Both the position numbers and the translations under genes were made by a program. Source: Kudoa neothunni (lineage: Eukaryota; Animalia; Cnidaria). Taken from it: a stretch of 64,000 bases of DNA. Location: the NCBI GenBank assembly GCA_964304625.1, contig OZ199840.1, positions 34,323 to 98,322 of the forward strand, given 5' to 3'. Below, piece by piece: positions 26,601-39,353 of this stretch (the first letter of the stretch is position 1; the number at the start of each line of letters is the position of its first letter). The notes below the pieces were generated by a model. That model saw only the letters and a list, made by a program, of their open reading frames with translations, was not told the origin of the DNA and ran no database searches.

Positions 26601-29099
26601 ATAGCATCACTCACAACAACTAACCATGAATAATTTTTTCGAGTTCATTCCCCAAATTATCCATTAACAGCACGTAAAAATCTCCTTGGTCGAACATAAA
26701 ATAATGTTTCAACGATCTAATATATTAATTTTTTAAGTCATACATTAGTTACATTTAAATTTATGTGACTATTGGCTTGTATGTTTAAAATTTTTCTACT
26801 TATTTTTATTGTATTTACCTTATTTATTATCACTCCTACTTAATTAATTAAAATTAATTTTTTTAAATATATGTTGAGATGAATAAATTCCTCGTATTTT
26901 AATATTTTAGCCGCCATCCGATGATTAACCTTCGAAATAGAGTGGGGTAGATTTCTACCCCAAGTGAATTTTGCCAACAATACTATAGTGTATAAATGGA
27001 ACATAACTCCTCTAAATTGTTCGTAATCTTTTATCGTTACGAAAACTTTCAGAATAATGAGTTGAAATTTTTTTTATCACATATCAAAAAAGTTAATGTA
27101 AAAACACCTCTCAAATAAAATTATTTAAAATATTAATACATGCGATTTTTAATAATTTAAGAAAATTCTATCGAGTAAATAATGAATAAATAACGAAACA
27201 CCATACACGCGATGCCAACACGCATGCGCTCATAGATTAAGCATGTTGTTCTCTCATTATTTTTACACCAGTTATCCAATATACGACGACTTTTTATCAG
27301 TTTGCTTATTTCTACATAGTAGAAATAAACATCCCAAAACACATGTGAAAATTGTAAATCAATATTCCTAATTTGGTATTATGGAGAACATTAAAAAGAG
27401 ATATAGTATAATTGTTCAACCTTTTGACAAGTTTTGTGTTTTAGAAAGAAATTGAAAATGTATATAATAACTTATTTGTGAAATAAGCACTGTTTTCCAT
27501 CATTTTATGTTTATGCGCAGTTTTACATTGCGACGTTTAAAATAAGAAACATTAATTGTCAGCTGTTATAAATCTTGAATTAAATGTTAAAACTAAAAAA
27601 TCGCGTAAATACACCTATTAATACAATCATACTCCCTGGAAATGTAACAAACATTATATGCGCGCATGCGTACATATAATATAACTTCAATAATTTGTTA
27701 TTTATTCGAAAGTTCCGCATCATTTGTCAATAAATGTTAACTTTTATTTGGAAGGTGTAAAAATTTCAGCTACTTAAAAAATAAATACATCGGATGCTAC
27801 ATGGAATGAGTTAGAGTTTTTTTAACGAAATAGACATTTATCGGCAAAATGGTAGTTTAAATAGGGAAGTTCGATCAAATATACTTCGAAAACTTAGTCA
27901 AGCATACTTAATTTTAAGTCTCCACGAGCTCACCTATGCATTAAAAGCTGTTTTAATTCTGTTAAACTTTGAATTTCACATATATTCATAAAATTTATCT
28001 TTCTTCTTTTAATTAAATTTTTAAAAATAATATTTAATTTTAATCCTTTTTTGGATGTTTTAAATCCGCCGTAAAGAAGCAGATGTAATATCGCATTTTC
28101 TTTAAGAATTCTTGTCGTATCGCTCGATTTAGCGCTTATTTGTTTGAAGTGATTAAAATGTCATCACTTCAAAGTATAACGTTTGGCGAACTTAACGACT
28201 TCTGGAAAATTTAAACGCATTAGATGAAAGTTCAACGGATAAATTGAGTAATGAGCATATTTATTCAAAAATTCATAGTGATAAAATTGATATTTGTAAT
28301 CCCTGGCTCCAGGAGTCCACGGTGATCCGCAGAGGGTTAATTAGATTCTAAAATTACAATTCAAAGTTTATATATTCGATACAATACTTAATAATCGAGG
28401 AAAATCAATTCAATCAGATAAAAATGATTTCAAATTATAAATTTAATTTTAAAAAATATTAAGCCAACAAAATTAAAACTCTACAAAGTTTAGCAAATAA
28501 AAAGAATATTTTTTCAAATTTATAACGACCACTTTATACATACAGTATGTTTAATAAACATTCACGCACGCGCGAAAATCTCGATATAGATAATACTTAT
28601 GAAATTTAATCAGAAATAACGCAATAATTTTTGTAATCCATTAAGTAATTGTGATTAATAAAAACTTAATATTTAAAAAATGTGAATTTTACGAATATTT
28701 ATCTTCAAATTAACTGCAAACAATTTAAGCCAATAGTCAAACTTGAACAAATTAACCTCAAATATGGCAATAATTTCTTCTCTTGGACCAACAACTGCAA
28801 CAAACACGCACTAGCTTGATTGTGTGCATTTTCCACAATCGCCATGCAGGAACTGTATTCCTTGGTGAGTTGAATGGGTGAATTTGCATTTGTTTCACAG
28901 TCGAAATTTTTATCTACGCAATATTGTTCATATCAACGCGCCAATCAAAATAACCAACCAAACTGTCTTATAACGTTTATATATTTTCCTGTGGATAGTA
29001 TTTTATCTGCAATCTATCAAACAACAATAATTTAAATTAAATCAAATTAAATCAAATTAAATAATTAAATTAAATCCAAGTGGACTTATGTAAAGATAA

Positions 29100-29137
<38 letters not shown>

Positions 29138-31431
29138 GTTGAAGAAAGGATGGCGTTTTAGCCGAAGACAACACGTATTTCTTCTCCCAAAACACATCAT
29201 TCAACTCATCTTCGACATTATTCACAGTGACATCATTACTCTCAACCATAAACTTTTGTTAATATTAATTTTAGCGAGTTAAAAATTTAAAGACCTCATC
29301 ATAGGGATCATAGATTAATCCTTCGTGTATCCACTTTTGAAGAGATTCAAAAAATGGTGCGCACGCTTTATCAAGTAAATAAGTGAACAGTTCATTCGAT
29401 ATCCCCGCGCTATAATTATTAATGTGATTACACGCGTGAAATCATGTGCGCGACGTTTACCACTGAGAAAGTTGATAGGATTCGTAAAGAATATCGATCA
29501 CTTTTTGAGCGGTTAAAGCTCCCTATTATATATTCAAAATGTCGCGCGCGCACACATTTGAATTTATACTTTGGACAATTGTTTACATAACCGTTCCAGT
29601 GGTTGCAATTGATTAATGCAGCTGTGCGCATGTGTGGCCAAACATTGCAGCGTTAGTTGTTTCTAATTATGCTTTGCTTACAATTCGCAAAACCACCAAA
29701 CAACTAACTTCTTTGTGCTGGCTTTCCAACTCACAAATATATGCCATATACTCCCTGAGTAAAGTTTCAATTGCTTCAGATAACGCCTGCGCAACTCGAC
29801 CCTCGTAAAGTGGAGACACATCTAGACGCACGCACAGTTTAAATTTCAATTCAATTTTTCAACAATATTGAAATTACCATTTATAAAACTGGATATAGTT
29901 TGAAAAGATCCCACCAACGGAATCACACTTGATACTAGCTCTTTAATAGACATGTCTATTAAATATACAAGTGTTAAATGAGCCTGAGAGGAGATAATTA
30001 ATTACCATACGAACTCGAAATTTTTAAAACCCAAGCATTGTTTTCATTGAACAGATGAATAAATTTGCCTTGTATTCCCTGTGTAATAAAAAAAATAAGA
30101 AGATGTTGAGAGATTAATAGAAATAGGCACTATAAAAAGAAATAATAAGTCTTCAATTGCCATTATTTCTTGAATATTGATATCCACGTCTTTAAGTTGT
30201 TGCTTTAATATTGTCTATATATATTTAGATATATATATATATAATTTAATAATGAGTAAAATAATTAAATGCTCTAACAAGCGAGAATATAATACATTTG
30301 GGGTATTTCCCAAATAAAGTTGCTCTTCATCATCAAATTCTATCAACTGATATTTCATGTATTTTCTCGCCATAAACCATGCAGGCAACTTTGGCATTTG
30401 CGTATGCTCGTGGGCATCGTCATGTTGTTGTTGATCGTCGCCCATTTTGATAGAGATATTCAATCTAGACATTTCTCTGTCAATCGTGGTGGTTGAGGTG
30501 CGAGACAATTTAGGTCTGTAATGATGAATGGATGAATCTCTCGATTGAATTTTAGTCTCAACTTGTGTGGAGCTGAATGTCTGCTCTTGATGACCTCCAC
30601 TCTTAGAAATAGAAGACTCTTGCAGTGGAATAGTGTCTTCAGATTCTGGGATCTGCTTGGAATCCATAACCACTTTAACACTTTTCTAAGTGGAATTTGG
30701 ATGTTGATAATGAAGAAAAGTGTGAATTAATTAATGAATCGAATTACGACTGCTCACGATACTAGAATCTTAAACTAACAAACTCACCTTTATTAGAGGT
30801 GTAGATTTTTTATATCGTTTCCATGATTGGTTGGCGTCAATTTCAATACCATTCACATCGTTAGGGTGATGCTCTGTTGTTATAGGAAGTGTCGCAGATG
30901 GAATATTTTGTTGAAGATTGACTACCGCATTTGTTCGATTGTTAGTTGAGTTGTTGTTGCGATGTTCGTCATCCAACTCACTGCCCAGAACGTACAACAA
31001 ATGCGGCTGATTTTGTATGTTCGATAGAAAATAAATCAACAAATTCGCGTAATGAATACTATATCGAGATCATTGTTAGAGGAGCTTAATGTCCAAAAAT
31101 TACTCATCAACCAACAATTCTCGATACACACGACGCAACTCCTTTTTATTGATCTCTCCTTTGGAACACAAACAGTTTATTGAATCACCCACCAAGTCCT
31201 TGTATTTATATTTTATGATATTAAAGCATTGCGAAAAATCTGCAGTTACCACATCGTAAGTAAATGTACCAACATTCTCCAAAAGAATGTCAGTATATGT
31301 GGTCGAATCTGGCCCTCCATCCAATCTTAATTAACTTATAATAATGCAGTTTGGTTTAAGTACTGCAAATTTGAAATTAGACTGTCTACAAGAGTTTGAA
31401 TTTCCTCTCTTATCACCTCACTACTTACCAT
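23626..31431 (-). CDS. TUBGCP2: Gamma-tubulin complex component 2 (GCP2/Spc97), multi-exon
   Basis: Exons encode [117 protein letters not shown] and SRIDQNGFY, all matching the GCP2 GRIP1/GRIP2 consensus. ATG at 31431 (MVSSEVIREEIQTLVDSL). Confidence 0.9.
29036..29133. repeat. Intronic AAATT/AAATC repeats and (TA)n microsatellite
   Basis: Directly visible in a GCP2 intron. Confidence 0.8.
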
Positions 31432-32201
31432 TGGTGCAATTTTACAATAAGCTTGGGCCTGCGCACAAGGCGGGTTTATAGATTAGTTTAGTTTGTGTAG
31501 GTACTAATTCAATTTTTAGATGAAATATATATATTATTGATTGAGAGAATTTTTTTGAATATCTAATGTTTCGATTGAGATGTATTTTGATTGTAAATTT
31601 TTGTTATACGTTCTTATATATGTTGAGTTTCTGTTTAATATTTTTTTTGAAGGTGTATTTGGAAAATATGAACTTAATTTTAAGGTCATTTATGCGTGTT
31701 CAGGGAAGATTAATAAATTCATTAACTTTAATATTGAAATATGAAGGGGGCGGATTAAATATAGTTGAACTTTCCAGATTATTTATGAAATTTAAAAAAT
31801 TATTTTCATAAATATAATTAATTAAGGGGATAATTGATAGATACAGCGTTGAATATAACAAGGAGAAATAAAATAAAGGTCTATTATAAAATGATAATTA
31901 TGTTCTTATCAGTTTTGTTAGTATATTTATATTGAGGTGATTAATTATAATTAATATTTCTTAGATTGATTGTAATTTTTAGGACGAACTTTAGGATTTT
32001 GCTATTTTATACCTTAGTGGTATTATAATCACGTGAGGAAGAGAAATATTCATAAAAGACTAAAAATTTAATTATACTATACTATTAAAAAACAAAAATA
32101 GTTATTTATAAATAAAAATGTTTTGAAAATATAACACTATTAGCTGTATAATCTAAATTTCTATGGTTAGATTTTAGGGTAATAATTCATAAATATAGGG
32201 T

Positions 32202-35200
32202 TTAATTTTTCTTCTTGAAAACCATGAAACCAATAGCACCCATGATCATAGCACCAATAGCTGCCACTGCAATTATTCTAAAATAATATTAGTTAAATTG
32301 TAGGAACATAATAAAGTAATACATGACCATGGTTTTAGAACTAAATAAAAAATTTAATTATTTTAAAAATATTAATTAATAAACCTTGAACTGCTTTTGG
32401 CTCCTAAAAGTTACAATTTAAATTATTTTCGAAGTAATAATGCTTTACCTTGCTCAATCGTAGCCGTCCCATAAACTGTTTTATCGGTGGAACTGTACAC
32501 AGTCAAGTGATAATTGTTGCCATCTGCTAATCCACTGATAGTGAATGATTTGCATGAAGGGTACGTTCTACATCCATTGTCATTTCGTCTCATGCATTTT
32601 TTAATAATTGCAATCGATTTGGTACTCGCATTACGTAATTCCCACTTACATTTGGATTTTTCATTAAGACTAGATGGTAGGGTGTTTTCTATAACAAATG
32701 ATTCACCGTCCCTTGTTATGGTCACATATATTATTTTGTCGTTTTCTGTGGGATTCCCCTTTGGAGCGGCTATTTATTTTAAATATTAATATGATGATAA
32801 TATCGAAAATATTTTTACTAGCTACTAAAGTAATTTCATTTCGCTCTGATTTTCCCACTGCAGTAATAGACACTTTATACTCTTCATTTGCATCATAGTC
32901 GTTGAATTTAATAGAACTGCACAATGGAAATGAGGAGCATGTGTTTGAATTGGCCGGGCTCGCAGTTGTATCGACTGTCGTAGTTGGAGTGACATCTGTA
33001 TCAGTTTCAGTTTCAGTAGGGGTATTAGATTCAGCTCTTGCAATTTTTAATTCATTAATTTCTGATTTTAGACTTTGAATTTGACTAGTACCAGTTTGTG
33101 GTTGGTCGGTATTAGAATTGGATTCGGCTGGTGAGCTTGGTGGAGTATTTTGAGTTTCTGGTGCAGCTGCCGGTGTCTGTGATGCTTCGCAGACGTAAAC
33201 ATCTTCAAACTCATCATCTTTTTTTATTTGGATTGTATAATGGCAAATGGCTTCTGGGACTTTTTTGGACAATTGTGCATTTAATTCCAATCCTTGTTCA
33301 GTGTATTTTTGAGTTATTCTCAAGGTTGCCAGATCTAGATTGAGTTGAATAAGTTAATATTTTGATATATATACTCGTCGTAACATTTTCATATATGTGT
33401 TCCTTGTAATCCTTATCAGCAATGGCCTTAACGTCGTAAGAAGTGTTTGGTTCGAGATCAACAATAGTTATTGGTTCTCTACATCTTCCTCTACAGGGAT
33501 TGGTTTCAGTACATTTAGCGGTGTAAAATGTATTTTTCCCAGTTGGACTTACGTAATACTCACAGTTTGGCTCTTCATTTTTATTTGTCTTTGCGTCGCC
33601 TCCAATAGCAGTTAGTGTAGTGGTTGATTCTGTTTTAGTAGGGGCGGTTACTTGAAAATTTTTATTATCCTCATTATCTTGTAAATATTATTAGTTAAGT
33701 TAATATTAAATTTTTCGTTATTACTTGTTCTTATAAGTATTTGTTCTTTGAAGGAAGTTGGATCTGCTATGCCACTGGATTCAATTTCGATGATGTACGG
33801 TTTTCCCGGAGCTAGCCTTTGAATTACTAATTTTTCGCAATCAGTTTTGCAATCATTAGTACTACCACCACTCTTTTTAGTGGCCGCGTCACACGTAGTG
33901 GTTGATGCAGTGTGTTTAATTTTGTCAGCAGAGTAATGCTTGAGCGTACAACTAGTGAATTTAGGTTCTGATGATGGATTTAAAAATCTCCCATCAAACG
34001 TTAAACCTTGTTTCGTATAAACAGATAATAATCCAACTCCAGTCTCAGATATTGCTAAAAAATTTATAAATTAACATCGAATTAAATAAATTACGAAATT
34101 TTTTTTGAGAAAATCCATCTAAATCACTAAGAGAAGTTTTTGAAAGATCGTGATTTCTGGTTTGAATTAGAACATTATATATCTCTTTTTCTGCTGTTAC
34201 AGTAAGCTCAACGTCTTTGCATGGTGCGTAACACTTTCCTGCAGTATTTCCACACTTTGATTCAAACGTATCAACCGATGCCGCACTTTTACCGCCTTTA
34301 ATATTGAAAACGCAGATTTCAGACGACAATGTCAAATCTGTAAATTTAAGAACAACTTGATTAGGAGCTCCTGTCTTTTTAATCACATAATACTGAGGCT
34401 CGTAAATGGCCATGTTATCCTTCATATATGCATTTGGCATATTATAGAAGAAGCTTGGATAATTCAGACACCTTACTTCATAATGTGGGATCAATAAATC
34501 AAATTCAACATCATTCTCTGTGTTGTCCGCGTCACATGTTCCTCCAGCGGTACCCGCGTTGAATTGTGCGTCTTTATAGTGAATTGAGCAACCAACTGGA
34601 GGGCAAGTTTTAGTTAAGAGTTTTAGTTTTTTGCTCCCATCAACAGATATTGTTGCTTGGGGATTTATCAGCAATGCTAAATTTAATGATGATTTACCGA
34701 TTAAAAATTATTTCAATTACGTATGGCCAAACCAAATACTTTCCCACCTTTGGGATAAGTCTCAGCTTTGGCAGCATTCGTATCAGTACTATCGAATACA
34801 TATATGTATTTTGTTCGTGGGGTGAGTTTATTATATGTTTCTTTACTAGCTTGACTATTGCAATCTATCACACATTTGGTGTTACTATTAGTACTATCGT
34901 ACCCGGGACAGTTTTCGATTTCTACTAAGCCAGCTGCTGATGTTGAACCGAAACTGTTTGCGGATGCATTGGATATCAATATACGACACTTTTTTCCAAC
35001 GCCATAACTTGATCCGTCAAGTATATGTTTTACTTTATTTGATTTAGTAGCATCCTCGTATTCGATTTGGTATTTGAGTGTTGCTGTGGAAGTAGACGCA
35101 GCTGGAGTTCCCGATACTGTTGCATTTTTAATCATACAAAAGAATGCGATTTGAATGACTAATAAAAATTCATGATTGATAATAAGAAAATAAATACATA

Positions 35201-35231
35201 AGAGGCAATGCAAAAATTTATCCATAGTCAT
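32202..35231 (-). CDS. Cys-rich FN3-like type I membrane protein family, copy 3 (apparently intact)
   Basis: Same 10-exon structure as copy 2, and the exons I checked read through without frameshift. Signal peptide MTMDKFLHCLLFIQIAFFCMIKNA; ends FMVFKKKN*. Confidence 0.9.
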
Positions 35232-35573
35232 ACTAAAAGGTAAAATAAAACAACAAATAGTACTGAATAAATGAATACTATAATTAGCCGATACATGTAT
35301 CGAATAAAAAACCTATTGAAACGACGATATACTTAAAGTCTTAATTCTTATTTACTATTAAATTAATAATTATGAATTTAATATAGTTATTAAAATGCTG
35401 AAAATTGCAAATTGAAACAATTATTTTATTATATAGCTCAAACAAATTCTATAATACTTATTATCTCTTGTTCAATCCGCCATAATAAAGGCAAGGAAAA
35501 AAATTAATGGGTGGAACCAACTCTTACTGGATTAAATAATGAGTTAAATAATGTTAAACTTCATAAACGATAT

Positions 35574-35597
35574 TTACATTGACGTCATGTAAGGTCA
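35574..35597. promoter_or_regulatory. Perfect CRE (TGACGTCA) inside an extended near-palindrome TTACA-T-TGACGTCA-TGTAA, followed by AGGTCA
   Basis: About 350 bp upstream of the copy 3 ATG. Also at 45426-45433 and 52349-52356 in the paralogous flanks. Confidence 0.3.
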
Positions 35598-35685
35598 TCC
35601 CAGGTATAAATAATATGAATAATTGGTAAAAATATTTATTCTTCTTCATTACGAATAAATAATCATCTAGATAAATATAAATGTT

Positions 35686-36518
35686 GGCAGTGTCTATTGG
35701 CCCGAATAAATTGTTTTATTTAATTATCGAGCTTTTTATTATAGTAAATCTATTTTGTCTGACATAAAACAACTTGAAATTGTTTACGTAATTTTATTTT
35801 CGAAGCATATCGGACAAAAATATTTTGTATAATGTAATAAGGTTTCGATTAAATGGTCCGAAAAAACTCATTTTATTGAGTTTATGAGTTATTTATTCAA
35901 ATGAACATTCTTAGTTGTAATTTAATATGTAAGTATCTAAGTAATTAAAATTTTAAATTGTAACGCGCGTTAATTTTATTGTATTTATCCCTTAATGGTG
36001 CAATACAAAATTATTCTAAAAAAATGTAAGATTTTTCATAAGAACACAATAAAGATAAAGTATGCAGTTGTTATTTTTCAAGATATTTGGTTATAATAAA
36101 AGAAAAAGTTTTTGAAGGATTTGTTCAATTTATGTTCACACAAATCGTACAGAAAAATGAATCGACGATGGATAATTATATAGAAGCAACTACTGAGAAA
36201 TGCAATTGTCCCTTTCGTCTTTGCATGGAACTGCCATGTCGTCACATTTTCTAGGTGCGGAAAAAACAAAACCTTCCTCTTTTTGATAAATGTTTGTGCT
36301 TGAAGAGATGGACAAGGGAGTATTTTGTTGAAAATTCTGAACTGGCCGATGTTTATGAAACAAATAATAGTTCATCAGAGAATGGTTTGATTGCTATAAA
36401 TTCATTACCAAAAACTACTGTATATTCAGAGAATAGACAATTTAATGAAGCTACTAAATTGATGGAAGATGTAGCCGCAAGAATTTCAGAAAAAAACTGG
36501 ATCTGATTATGAATATTG
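35686..36518 (+). mobile_element. MULE-type transposase remnant with SWIM zinc finger
   Basis: EKCNCPFRLCMELPCRHIF*VRKKQNLPLFDKCLCLKRWT (CxC..CxH, RWT). The segment replaces sequence present in the copy 4 flank (similarity breaks ~35685 and resumes ~36519 = ~46219). Confidence 0.65.
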
Positions 36519-37750
36519 GATCAATAAACTGGATGATCAGAATAATTTTAATCCAGTTAAAGTTTTAAAACATAATTGTTTTTTGCAAAAATATTAATCA
36601 GGAAAATGAAAACACATTCCACATGTCAAAAATTTCATTCAATAATCCCTATACTCGGAATCATATCGCCCATTGTATTTCCAATCTAAAGAAGTATTAA
36701 GTGTAGACAACAATCAAAAAACTATCCTTATTTAAAGCTAAAATATTTTATAGTATTTTTTATTAGATTACTGCGACTTCAACATTATTGCGAGACAATT
36801 ATTACAATGTAATTTGTATCCGAGCGATACTACAGAACGTTAGCTTGAAATAATGACAAAATATTGTTTTTTAGTATTGAAAATCAAAATCAAAATCCTC
36901 TTGAATATGTAATAAGTCATAAATATATATTAAACATGCATTTATCAATTAAAAACTGTTTCATCAATGATCATTGTAACCTTATGTACCGTAAACAATC
37001 GCATATTATAGGTCGCATCCAAATTTTTGGCGTGTAAATTGGGGGTTTTCAATAGACCTACAGATCGGTCGTTCTGGAATTTTAGATGTTGAACGCCATC
37101 CATAAAAATAAATATTCTGTTGTATTTAGCTTCATTTAAAAAATCTTCTTGTAAATATTGGAATTCTTTTAAGATAACTACAAATTAAAGACTATAAACA
37201 TAATTAAAATAAAAGATTTTATTCCTTTATAATATGATCAGTTGTTATTAAATGTCAGCAGAACTAGACCCTGAGAATTCATCATTATTATTATTATCAC
37301 TTTCAGGATTCAGCAACAGTTGGTCGTTTGATATTACATTGTCATTAGTGACCATATCACAGTACATTCAAACCCGAATTATCCAGAAAATTTGGGGCCG
37401 GCGAGGTTCCAGATAACCGAACATAAACAATTTTGTTCTCGCGCGCATTTTTTAAATTTCTACTTAAAGGATTCTTTACTTGATTAATAATCAATTTTTT
37501 ACTATTTATATAATGAAATTTTTTAATTTCTTACACTTAAATTAAAAATGTTGACATATCTATTAATGAAGAATATGGAGACTTAAAGGAAAAATAATAC
37601 ATAATAATGGCAGTTTTTACACGTCTACAGAGGAGTAACCTATTTTTTTAAATAATAGATAATTAATTTTTGTTTATTATATCTACAGGCATGTGTTTAG
37701 ATATAGTAAAAATCCATATAAGAACCGGATGCTTAATTGAAATTTTAAAA
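36519..37750. repeat. Duplicated intergenic segment (paralogue at ~46219-47500)
   Basis: Long, near-identical non-coding blocks visible by eye. Confidence 0.85.
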
Positions 37751-39353
37751 GAAAAATTAATTAATAAATAACCTAGAAATGCCTTTATTTTAAATATTGT
37801 ATGGTATATATGCTACATTGTATATGTCATACGGTGATGGGTGCTACTTTTATTCGGAAATGTGATTAAACAATTATTCCGGTTTCCGGATAATCGAGAT
37901 TCGGCTGTAGTAATTCAACTCAACATCAGTTATGCCAGTTGTAATATTTTAATCATAAAACTCACTTTCCTTCATGCACGAGTTTGGAGTACTTATGTCG
38001 GTTTTTCCGTCCTCTATCTCCTTTATACTTGAGAGAGACAATTCTTTATACAGAATATAACTTTCATTTCCGTCTATAACGCCGAAGCTACCACATTTTT
38101 TAAATCATTTAATTATCAAAGTATTCGACAAATTATCTAAGGCATTTTCACCCATCCCACAACTAAGCGCGATTCAGGTTTCTTAATTGTATCATTTTTA
38201 GTGGTGGGTTTTTTACCAGATATCATCCAAGATGCCACTATTTTCGAGTCTAACCTTTGAGTGGATCAATGATTAACACATCCCATATTAGAAGACTTCA
38301 AGGGTTAAGAAAACTCCTGCTTTTTTCATCCATACTTCATCGAACCAATATTTAGTTAGATTTTCATCCATTCATCGTTTAGGATGTATTTTTAGAATAA
38401 CACATAACAGGAAGACTCCTTTGGTATTTTTTCTATTTAATGATAATTATTGGACGCAATTTTTTCACTTAAGCTTGGTAGACTAATATAACAATATAAT
38501 GTTGTCTCTCATGCTCTTATGTTTTCAAAACAACAATTTTCCGATCCTGTCAATCGTAGTGTTTCCCGGTATACCAATATACTTCGGAGTATCGCCTATG
38601 TTCGCAATGTTTGTTTGTAAAAATCATACATTTTGCACTCTTTCGACATAAACAATAAAATATGTACTTCTTCATCAATTACTTCCGACAGCTTTTGCAT
38701 AATGTAAATTTTTTGCCGTTGTTCCAACCCAAACCTACTAGTGAATCTAGTACAACACCCTGGTGAAGACATGGATTGAGGAATGTTGTATATTGGGCTA
38801 ACTGAAAAGATTTGGTTCTTATTGAAAGTCTTGTCACAATAGGCCCATATTATATTAATTCCAAAACTCATTCAAACAATTCATTTTTAATTTTTTTATA
38901 TTGAGATACTAAAAATCTGGCTTACTTGTTCGGTTTTGGTATTTCTTTAAGATTATCTTTTCGCTTTCTCCATCGTCTTATTAACTCTCGTGAAACTCCA
39001 ATCTCTTTTCTCACAAATCTAAATTCATGTTTCTCTGCATGGCATACCATTTTTAATTCATAACTGTCTTATTGACTCTTTGTTTACCCATGACAAGGAT
39101 TTACAAGTATCAAAGACGAGTGCTCAAATTATCGTAAAGTTCTCTTTGATCCAAATGTAAAGAGTTTTGTGATAGTACTGATAAAGAATATTAAATATGA
39201 TCATAATTTTGTTACGAAACTGATACATTACGTATGTTCTACAAAATGTTGCAATCAGACCTACACAGAACATGAAAACGTAACCAGACAACGTGTAAAG
39301 AAAGAATCAAATATGTTACTCTATACATAATATAGATGCCTTAACTCCGGTTG

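Noticed and set aside
32514-32898. Recurrent antisense ORFs (MLPSANPLIVNDLH..., MSLVEYFEFL...) in every copy
   Set aside because: Shadows of the conserved sense exons; they cross introns and have no independent support.
38000-38871. Minus-strand ORF with PGCCTRFTSRFGL, faintly like an R2-type retroelement N-terminal finger
   Set aside because: No recognisable RT motifs; too degenerate to call.
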